Below are positions 48,694 through 56,401 of a stretch of 64,000 bases of DNA, in pieces; positions within the stretch are counted from its first letter, which is position 1, and the number at the start of each line of letters is the position of its first letter. The translations under genes were made by a program, and so were the position numbers. Location: positions 172,514-236,513 of the forward strand of contig MGJF01000002.1 of the NCBI GenBank assembly GCA_001794125.1, in the 5' to 3' direction. Below the pieces are notes generated by a model. The model was not told the DNA's origin. It did not search any database and saw only the letters and a program-made list of their open reading frames with translations. The DNA comes from Candidatus Yanofskybacteria bacterium RIFCSPHIGHO2_01_FULL_43_32 (GTDB taxonomy: Bacteria > Patescibacteriota > Minisyncoccia > 2-02-FULL-40-12 > GWA2-44-9).

Positions 48694-50985
48694 TTATTGA
48701 TTCAATAATCTCTGCAACTCTGCTTCGACTGCCGGAGAGAACTCAATTTTTTTTCTTTCCGCGTATATTCTGTCAACTATTCTCCGAACCAGCGGGCCGG
48801 CAACCCAGCCGCCAGAGACCTGCATATCGGTCTGGCCGCTGACCTTAGCCATGTATTCTGGAAGTTCGATAATCCGGTAGTCATCCATGCCGAATCTGAC
48901 AGCTATAACCAGCTCGGGCGTTCCGCACCACATGGAGACGTCTCTGGGGCCGTCAGAAGTCCCGGTTTTACAGGCAACCTGTTGTTCAATACCCCGCATC
49001 GATATTTTGGAGGTTCCGATTTTTGTAACAGCCCGCATCAGAGCCAGTATCTTGTTTGAGGTACTTTCGGATAAAATTATTTTCCCGGTCGGAGGCTCGG
49101 CTCGGAATATAGTTTCGTCGCCATAAGCACTCTTTATCTCCCGGACAAGTGTCGGTCTGACGTATGTTCCGCCCCGAAAGAAAACCGCGTAAGCATTCGC
49201 CAACTCAATTAGGTTTACATCGGAGGCGCCGATGGCTGTCGGCAAAAGAGGAACAAGCCCGCCTTTTATTTCATAGCCCGGCTTTTTGAACCAGATCTCC
49301 CCGTCAGAATCTCTGATCATTCCGGGATTGCCGTGAACGCCCATGTTATTGGACAGCTGAACTATTGCTTTCATTCCTATCTCGCGAGCCAGATTCAAGG
49401 TGGGAAGGTTTACCGAACGGATAAGGCCGGTGGAAAGGGGGATATAACCGTAAGGCACAGGATTTTCTTCACGGAAATTCTGCGGTGCCCAGGTCTTTCC
49501 GCCCCCGCCTCTCATGGCGAACGGACAGTTGCATATCTGGTCGAAGAAATCCTTGTGGAGATACTCGATAGCCGCCGCATAAGTGAACGGCTTGAAGCCC
49601 GAACCGGGGGAACGGGATGCCATGGCCCGATTATATTGTGTCTCATTGAAATCATTGCCACCGGACAGGGCCAGTATGTTTCCGGTTTTTACCTCAATCG
49701 CGACAAAAGCACCATTTAACCGGTCCTCCGGCTTTTTGCTTTGATTCAGAAACGCAAGATGCCTTTCGAACTCTTCAGAAGCTATTCTTTGAAGGACCGG
49801 ATCGAACGTTGTGTAGATGCGAAGCCCGCCGTAATACAACAGGTCTTCATCGCTGTATCCCCAGCTTAGAAGCATTTCTTTGACCAGGCGGTTCGAATAA
49901 CCATAAGCAGGGTTTTTCCATGGACTTAAGCGGGCTAATTCTTCCGTGTTGGGATTTTTGTCTTTTTGGAACAAATTTTCTTCGTATTCTTTCAAGGAAA
50001 TAGACCCGTTATTCCTCATTCGTTCAAGGACAAAATTATACCGGTCTTTGGCGGTTGCCATTCGAATGGTTTCTCTTGCTAATTTTTCTTCGTATTCTTC
50101 TTGTAACTTTGCGGCTGCTTCGGGAGCGGTATTCTTGTCTATTTTTGGTTCGAGAGGCCTGTGAAATACCGGGTCATAAAGAACGGGGTATTTATTAATG
50201 CTTGCAAGTATGGCGGCTTCTCTGATAGAAAGCGGTTCTTTACGGATATTTTTCCCCCAATAGCGCATGGATCCGGAAACAACGCCATGAGCGCCATGGC
50301 CAAGCCAGATATAGTTCAAATAAGTTCCGAATATCTCTTTTTTTGAGTAGCGTTTTTCAAGCCGTATCGCCAATCTCGCTTCTTTTAACTTTCTGCTTAA
50401 TGTCTGGGCCCTGGTCTTAAAATCGGATACTTCATCCGCAAACTCTAATCTTGCCAACTGCTGGGTTATAGTGCTTGCTCCACCGGATCTTCTCCATATA
50501 TTTATGCCCCGCGAACGCAATCCGTTGCCAACCGCAGCTGACACAATAGCCGTTATGTCAATTCCGGAGTGCTGATAAAACCTTTTATCTTCAGCAGCCA
50601 GGAATGCGTTTTGGAGGAGTTTGGGAACCTCGTCCAATCGGACCGGATCTCTTATTTCTTCAAAATATTTTCCGGTTTCTTCCCCGTTCTTGGCGTAGAC
50701 ATATGACGCTTTTTTGAACTCGGATCGGGCCAATTTCTCCAAATCAAGCGGCTGTCCCTTGTCATCGGTCAAACAGCCGAGGTTAAAAAAACATCCGTCG
50801 TACTTAAACATATACCACCATCCGAACCCAAAACTTGCAGTTCCGGCAAGCAAGGACAAAAATAAAGCCAAAAATACCCATTTTGGCCAAGACCGGCGCT
50901 TAAAGACAATTATCCAATAGTCGGTTCGGAGGCTTTCAGGAATGAAATCAAGCAACTCTCTTGATTTCGACCATAAACGTTTCAT
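48694..50985 (-). CDS. Class A penicillin-binding protein (PBP1A-like)
   Basis: EDKRFYQH, GASTITQQL, RKLKE, SGFK (SxxK), SVN, KTGT. Confidence 0.93.
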   Translation of the reverse strand: MKRLWSKSRELLDFIPESLRTDYWIIVFKRRSWPKWVFLALFLSLLAGTASFGFGWWYMFKYDGCFFNLGCLTDDKGQPLDLEKLARSEFKKASYVYAKNGEETGKYFEEIRDPVRLDEVPKLLQNAFLAAEDKRFYQHSGIDITAIVSAAVGNGLRSRGINIWRRSGGASTITQQLARLEFADEVSDFKTRAQTLSRKLKEARLAIRLEKRYSKKEIFGTYLNYIWLGHGAHGVVSGSMRYWGKNIRKEPLSIREAAILASINKYPVLYDPVFHRPLEPKIDKNTAPEAAAKLQEEYEEKLARETIRMATAKDRYNFVLERMRNNGSISLKEYEENLFQKDKNPNTEELARLSPWKNPAYGYSNRLVKEMLLSWGYSDEDLLYYGGLRIYTTFDPVLQRIASEEFERHLAFLNQSKKPEDRLNGAFVAIEVKTGNILALSGGNDFNETQYNRAMASRSPGSGFKPFTYAAAIEYLHKDFFDQICNCPFAMRGGGGKTWAPQNFREENPVPYGYIPLSTGLIRSVNLPTLNLAREIGMKAIVQLSNNMGVHGNPGMIRDSDGEIWFKKPGYEIKGGLVPLLPTAIGASDVNLIELANAYAVFFRGGTYVRPTLVREIKSAYGDETIFRAEPPTGKIILSESTSNKILALMRAVTKIGTSKISMRGIEQQVACKTGTSDGPRDVSMWCGTPELVIAVRFGMDDYRIIELPEYMAKVSGQTDMQVSGGWVAGPLVRRIVDRIYAERKKIEFSPAVEAELQRLLNQ

Positions 50986-51106
50986 TTAACTGCCTTTGTA
51001 TTTTTAATGAACAACTACCACAATATGTAGCACAACTGAATTCAACTGTAAAATTATGGACTAAAGTCGTTTTTTATAGTAAAATTCCATAGTATTTATT
51101 TAATTT

Positions 51107-51181
51107 GCCCCTGTAGTTCAACGGATAGAACACCTCCCTTCTAAGGAGGGGATCTAAGTTCGATTCTTAGCGGGGGCACCA
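51107..51181 (+). tRNA. tRNA-Arg(UCU), CCA encoded
   Basis: GCCCCTG...CGGGGGC-ACCA, anticodon loop CTTCTAA. Confidence 0.95.
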
Positions 51182-51571
51182 CGGGATGTAGTGTAACGGT
51201 AGCACCCCGCACCAACCTTATCCGCTGACCGCCATTCAAAAAGAGGGCGGGGTTGATATGGGGCAGGCGAGACGTTCTTGTCCAAAACAGAGTTCGGCCC
51301 TTTGTCGGGCTGGCGTATGACGGTGGTACGACTGATTTGGGATCAGTTAGACTGGGTTCGACTCCCAGCAGCCCGAAATTGTGGGCTGAACTCTATTTTG
51401 GATGGGATGCTTGAATCGGAAAGAAAATATGAACTGCTTCATGTTTTCTCGATTCAAGTGCCGGAACGATGTTTCATAAGTAATTGGCGAGTGAAACCGT
51501 GAGGCGGGCCTGCAACCTGACCGACGGAAGGAGGTCAGAGTTGTAGGTTAGTTCAATTCTCGGCATCCCGA
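51182..51571 (+). ncRNA. tRNA-Pro-like scaffold interrupted by a ~290-nt structured insertion
   Basis: Acceptor CGGGATG/CATCCCG-A, canonical D arm GTGT-AACGGTA-GCAC, T-loop TTCAATT, large insert at the anticodon position. Confidence 0.65.
51306..51376 (+). tRNA. tRNA-Pro(UGG), nested inside the larger element
   Basis: CGGGCTG/CAGCCCG-A, ACTGA-TTTGGGA-TCAGT, CTGGG-TTCGACT-CCCAG. Non-canonical G8, G14 and G21. Confidence 0.8.
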
Positions 51572-51577
51572 CATCGG

Positions 51578-51616
51578 AAACAAAAATCAGACCAAAGGGT
51601 CTGATTTTTGTTTTTA
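51578..51616. terminator. Bidirectional intrinsic terminator
   Basis: AAACAAAAATCAGACC-AAAG-GGTCTGATTTTTGTTT. Confidence 0.8.
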
Positions 51617-51625
51617 CAATTTTTC

Positions 51626-51832
51626 TTAGAAACCGGGGTGTTCTTTTTCGTCTTCGTCTATTATCTCGTCCGCTTTCTCAATCGTTTCTTCCGCTTCGGC
51701 GGGAGTCGTATCGTCTACGTCGTCTCCGTAATCACTGGTATTCACGGTTGAATCCTCCGGCTCTTCTTTTTCAAGCTCGTCTAAACTGATAATTTCTACT
51801 GGCGCATCGTCATTTGTTTTTTTGTTGTTCAT
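51626..51832 (-). CDS. Small acidic hypothetical protein
   Basis: D/E-rich 68 aa, upstream TGcTATAAT. Confidence 0.6.
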   Translation of the reverse strand: MNNKKTNDDAPVEIISLDELEKEEPEDSTVNTSDYGDDVDDTTPAEAEETIEKADEIIDEDEKEHPGF

Positions 51833-51855
51833 AAAAACATTATAGCACACTTTTG

Positions 51856-51928
51856 GGGGATTAGAGAGAGTTGAACTCTCGCCCGCAGTTCCACAAACTG
51901 CTGTGCTAACCGTTACACCATAATCCCC
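51856..51928 (-). tRNA. tRNA-His(GUG)
   Basis: G-1/C73, anticodon loop TTGTGGA, T arm GAGAG-TTCAACT-CTCTC. Confidence 0.93.
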
Positions 51929-52007
51929 ATATCATAAACATTATACTCTTTTTTATTGAAAAATCCAGCTAAAACAAAAATCCCTTACCTTTCTGAAAGG
52001 TGAGGGA

Positions 52008-53045
52008 TCAAAATATGTGTTCCTTCCGGTTGCCGAATCTTGTCAGCCATGGATTTTGCAACAATTTTTGCTTTTCTTCGTCGGTAAACCGATACGCGTC
52101 GTCGCACATTTGGAAAACTTCATTCAGTTCCGGCTGAAAAAAATCATCATCCGGATTCATTGACCAAAGAACCTCTCGGCGAAGCATTTCTCTGATTTTC
52201 AAAACTTTCAAATCGGGAATATTTCGTCCTTGAAGATTGGAGCCGGGACAGCCCGTCACACCTATCTGCTCATCGGCAATAAATTTCATTGACTCGGAGT
52301 CATAAGGCAGAGCAATTCCGTGGCCGAGCCGCCTTTTTGCTTTGGATTTGAACTTTTTGAACAGACCCAGAACGACCCTTAAATTTTTAATAAGCATCAA
52401 CAGGTCTCTCTGGAAATCCGGGGCTTGTTTTGGCCTGCGGACCCATTCGCTGACATGAACTTCAAGATTGATTCCGGCATTGAGCGCGTATTCAATGGTT
52501 TTCCGGTGTCTTTCCGGCGGAAATTTGTTTTCATCGCAAACGATGTTTGCTCCTACAACATAATTCCGGTCGCATTGCTCGAGAACTTTTAACAATTTGA
52601 CGGCCCTGTGGGACTTAAGTTCACGACCGATGGCAAACAGCAGGTTTGTTTCCGTATCCGGATATCCTTCCTCGGCTTTTTTTATTCCGGCGACAAGCGC
52701 CTCGACAACTCTTTTTGGCGTTAACTTGCCGAAACAGTGGTATTGGGGAGCAAACATTATTTCATTATAACGAAAACCTTGCTTCGCCCTGACAACGACA
52801 TGATTCCATGCCGCTAAATACAAAGCGTCCCAGGTCTGAAGAAGTTTATTTATATGAGAGAATGCCTCAATTATGTTGGAATGAACGTCTAAAAATCTCT
52901 GTCGGTAAATTTGCGTGTAGTCCCGTCTTGGATCAACCCTGATATCGGCCATCATTTGCAACTGCGCCAGTATGTCGCCTAAAGGCTTGGCTCCGTCTCC
53001 GTGGTCATGCAAAAGAGCCGTCTGCGGCCAATACGGTACCGGCAT
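52008..53045 (-). CDS. Adenosine deaminase-like amidohydrolase
   Basis: LHDHGDG, EIMFAP, VHVSE, RLGHG, CPGSN, NPDD. Confidence 0.8.
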   Translation of the reverse strand: MPVPYWPQTALLHDHGDGAKPLGDILAQLQMMADIRVDPRRDYTQIYRQRFLDVHSNIIEAFSHINKLLQTWDALYLAAWNHVVVRAKQGFRYNEIMFAPQYHCFGKLTPKRVVEALVAGIKKAEEGYPDTETNLLFAIGRELKSHRAVKLLKVLEQCDRNYVVGANIVCDENKFPPERHRKTIEYALNAGINLEVHVSEWVRRPKQAPDFQRDLLMLIKNLRVVLGLFKKFKSKAKRRLGHGIALPYDSESMKFIADEQIGVTGCPGSNLQGRNIPDLKVLKIREMLRREVLWSMNPDDDFFQPELNEVFQMCDDAYRFTDEEKQKLLQNPWLTRFGNRKEHIF

Positions 53046-53161
53046 TCGGGTTCCTTTTTAAATAGCAATATTAAAATGATTCTACTCGCTCTTGATTATT
53101 TATGCAAAATAGTTTAAAATTTAACCGTCTTTCTTTTCTTCGTGTGTAAAGGAGACGGAAC

Positions 53162-53305
53162 TTGCGCATAATAAAAAATTTTATTGCATGCTGGAAAATA
53201 CGTTTCCGCCAAAGACCGGAAAATCAAAAGCTTGAAAAACTTAAGAAACTGCAGAAAAAGAAACACGGACTCGAAGAGTTAAAAAAGAAGATAGATGGGG
53301 CATAG
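53162..53305 (+). CDS. Possible 47-aa basic protein (below the ORF-track cutoff)
   Basis: SD AAGGAG then TTG start: MRIIKNFIACWKIRFRQRPENQKLEKLKKLQKKKHGLEELKKKIDGA. Hairpin and T-run at the stop. Confidence 0.4.
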   Translation: MRIIKNFIACWKIRFRQRPENQKLEKLKKLQKKKHGLEELKKKIDGA

Positions 53306-53346
53306 CACCCCTTTTTTTATTACTTTATTTCTGTTAAATTACCAAG

Positions 53347-55131
53347 ATGACACATGGCGAGATTCGCGAAAAATTCCTCAAATTTTTTGAAGACAGGGGA
53401 CACAAAATAGTCCCGTCTTCGTCGTTGCTTCCGGCCGACCCGTCGGTTCTTTTTACCACGGCCGGAATGCAGCAGTTCAAGCCGTATTTTTTGGGAGACG
53501 CGGACCCGGTAAAAGATTTTGGCGGCAGAAGGACTGTGTCAATTCAAAAATCAATGAGAACTTCCGACATAGACGAGGTCGGGGACGAATCGCACCTCAC
53601 ATTCTTTGAGATGCTCGGCCACTTTTCTTTCGGCGATTATTTTAAAAAAGAGACGATAGAGTGGACTTACGAATTTCTAACCGATGTTCTTAAAATTTCC
53701 AAAGACAGGCTCTCGGCAACGGTTTTTGCCGGAGACGATAAAATTCCGTTTGACGAAGAGTCCTACAATGCCTGGTCCCGGTTCCTGCCGGCCGACCGTA
53801 TCCGCAAAGGGCCGCGGGAAGATAACGTATGGGGACCGCCCGGCCCCGAAGGCCCGTGCGGCGCCGCAAATGAAGTTTATGTAGATGACATGGAGGTCGC
53901 CACACTGGTTTTCATGGAATATAACTGTGATAAAGACCAGAATCTGACACCTTTGCCCCAAAAGGGGGTTGATGTCGGGTGGGGATTGGAAAGGATCGTA
54001 ATGATAACCCAGGGCAAAGGTAATATTTTTGAGACCGATTTGTTTGAACCGATTATGAAACTCCTTTTAGATTCTCCAAATAAATGGCTGGGAAGAATAA
54101 TAGCTGACCATGCACGAGCCGTTGTTTTTCTAATTGCCGATGGTGTCACTCCTTCAAATAAAGAACGGGGTTATGTCCTCCGGCGCTTATTGCGACGAAT
54201 GATTATTCAACTTTCCAGCTATACTGACGATTTTCTCGCCCCTATTTCAAAGGTTGTGGACTTATACGGTTCATATTATACCTTCGATAAACAAATGATT
54301 ATCGATGTTGTTGAGTTAGAAGCAGATAAATTTCAAAAAACCCTTACTCAGGGACGCAAAGAATTAGAACGTTTGGAATCCATAGATGCAACTAAAGCAT
54401 TCATGCTGTATGAATCATATGGTTTGCCCTTTGAGGTCATAAAAGATTTGGGTAGAGAAAAGGCCAAAGGACTTACTCGAGAGGCGTTTGATGAAGAATT
54501 TAAAAAACACCAGGAAAAATCCCGTGCCGGAGCGGAGAAAAAATTCGGCGGTCACGGATTGCTCATGGATACAGGTGAATTAAAAGCTGGAAACGAAGAA
54601 GAATTAAAGAAAGCCACACGACTTCACACAGCAACACATTTATTGCACGCCGCGTTGAGAAAAGTTCTGGATCCGCCAGCTGGCGGAGAAGTCCAACAAG
54701 CCGGTTCGGATATTACTGCAGAAAGATTGCGATTTGATTTCACCTTTCCTCGCAAAATGACCCCTGAGGAAATAAAGCAGGTTGAGGATATGGTAAACGA
54801 AGCGGTTCAGAAAGACTACAAAGTTACAAAAGAAGAAATGTCTTATGAAGATGCGGTCAAATCCGGCGCGATGGCATTTTTCAAACTTAAATATCCTAAT
54901 CGTGTAAATGTTTACACGATTGGCCCTGAGTCTTTCGACCCTGAGCTCAAGACCGAAGGGCCTGTCGAAGGGCATAATCCTTCGTCATCAAATTTCTCAG
55001 GACCTCCTTTCAGTCGGGAGCTTTGCGGAGGCCCTCATGTATCCCACACTGGCGAGATTGGCCATATCACTATTACCAAAGAAGAAGCCGTCTCCGCGGG
55101 GGTCCGCAGGATTAGGGCGGTTGTAGAGTAA
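53347..55131 (+). CDS. alaS: Alanyl-tRNA synthetase, compact form without C-Ala
   Basis: LFTTAGMQQFK, HLTFFEMLG, DVGWGLER, editing HTATHLL and ELCGGPH. Confidence 0.95.
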   Translation: MTHGEIREKFLKFFEDRGHKIVPSSSLLPADPSVLFTTAGMQQFKPYFLGDADPVKDFGGRRTVSIQKSMRTSDIDEVGDESHLTFFEMLGHFSFGDYFKKETIEWTYEFLTDVLKISKDRLSATVFAGDDKIPFDEESYNAWSRFLPADRIRKGPREDNVWGPPGPEGPCGAANEVYVDDMEVATLVFMEYNCDKDQNLTPLPQKGVDVGWGLERIVMITQGKGNIFETDLFEPIMKLLLDSPNKWLGRIIADHARAVVFLIADGVTPSNKERGYVLRRLLRRMIIQLSSYTDDFLAPISKVVDLYGSYYTFDKQMIIDVVELEADKFQKTLTQGRKELERLESIDATKAFMLYESYGLPFEVIKDLGREKAKGLTREAFDEEFKKHQEKSRAGAEKKFGGHGLLMDTGELKAGNEEELKKATRLHTATHLLHAALRKVLDPPAGGEVQQAGSDITAERLRFDFTFPRKMTPEEIKQVEDMVNEAVQKDYKVTKEEMSYEDAVKSGAMAFFKLKYPNRVNVYTIGPESFDPELKTEGPVEGHNPSSSNFSGPPFSRELCGGPHVSHTGEIGHITITKEEAVSAGVRRIRAVVE

Positions 55132-55396
55132 CCGCTCCGCCCCATTACCTCTCTCCAACCGTTCGCATTCCCCCGCGAGGAATGCTCACTTCATTCTCTG
55201 TCCGGATTTTGTCAAGTCCTTCGACAAGCTCAGGACTATGACAATCCGTGCAATCCGGATTCGAAAGATTGTCGAGAGGCAATGGGGCTGCGCGTTTACT
55301 AACCAAATATGAGCGAGGCCATTGCCATAAAAAGACATTTGAGACCCGGCCTTTTGCAGGGACGAGGCAGTATAATTATTCTGCACTGTCGAGAAT

Positions 55397-56401
55397 ATGA
55401 ATAATTTTTGGCAAAAACTTAATAGGCCGTTTTTTATTTTGGCTCCGATGGCCGATGTAACCGATTCCGCTTTCAGACAGATAATTTTGTCATGCGGTAA
55501 GCCCGATATTTTTTATACTGAATTCGTTTCGGCAGATGGTTTATGTTCCGAAAAGGGTAAATTAAAATTAGTGCCCCACTTGGCATTTAAAAAGAATGAA
55601 AAGCCGATTGTGGCTCAATTTTTCGGTGCCAATCCCGAGAATTTTTATAAATGCGCCCAACTCGCTGTGGAGTTTGGCTTTGACGGCATAGACGTAAACA
55701 TGGGCTGTCCGGCGGGAAAAATAGTAAAGCACGACAGCGGAGCGGGACTCATATTAAACCCCGAACTGGCCAAAGAAATAGTCCGTGAAACAAAGCGCGG
55801 AGCGGCATCCGCCGGCTGGCGGATGCCTGTATCCGTCAAAACCCGCATCGGCTACAACAAAATTATTACCGAAGAATGGATTTCACATCTTATTGAAGCA
55901 AAACCAGACGCAATAATTATTCATGGCAGGACAATGAAAGAGATGTCCAAAGTCCCGGCTCATTGGGACGAGATAGGCAAAGCCGCTGTACTCTGCCGGA
56001 AAGCCGGGATATCCATAATCGGCAACGGCGATATTGCCACTTATGAAGAAGGAGTTAAAAAAGCTGAGCAATATGGGCTGGACGGCATTATGGTCGGCAG
56101 AGCGATATTTTCCAACCCCTGGTTTTTTGACCCAACCATAGACCCGGCCGCAAAAACGCCCAAAGAAAGGATAGAACTGCTTAAAAAACATCTGGGATTA
56201 TTTACGGAGTTGTGGGGGAAGGATAAACATTTTGATGTCATGAAGAAGTTCTTCAAAACCTATATTTCCGGTTTTGACGGCGCCAAGGAATTAAGAACAG
56301 AATTAATGAAGACAAGAAATGAACAGGGCGTAATGGAAGCTCTAAGAAAACATGCTATAATTGAGTTAAATGGCATCTACCAAGATAATCAACGTCCTTA
56401 A
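55397..56401 (+). CDS. tRNA-dihydrouridine synthase
   Basis: LAPMADVTD, DVNMGCP, VKTRIG, IHGRT, GNGDI, MVGR. Confidence 0.93.
   Translation: MNNFWQKLNRPFFILAPMADVTDSAFRQIILSCGKPDIFYTEFVSADGLCSEKGKLKLVPHLAFKKNEKPIVAQFFGANPENFYKCAQLAVEFGFDGIDVNMGCPAGKIVKHDSGAGLILNPELAKEIVRETKRGAASAGWRMPVSVKTRIGYNKIITEEWISHLIEAKPDAIIIHGRTMKEMSKVPAHWDEIGKAAVLCRKAGISIIGNGDIATYEEGVKKAEQYGLDGIMVGRAIFSNPWFFDPTIDPAAKTPKERIELLKKHLGLFTELWGKDKHFDVMKKFFKTYISGFDGAKELRTELMKTRNEQGVMEALRKHAIIELNGIYQDNQRP

Noticed and set aside
51278-51502. 74-aa ORF
   Set aside because: Runs across the nested tRNA and hairpins, so it is a shadow ORF.
51182-51571. tmRNA or group I intron-containing tRNA
   Set aside because: The acceptor has Pro rather than Ala identity (no G3-U70), no tag ORF was seen, and group I core motifs were not found.
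53347-55131. alaS pseudogene because of its short length
   Set aside because: Aminoacylation and editing motifs are intact in one ORF, and the compact form is plausible for reduced genomes.
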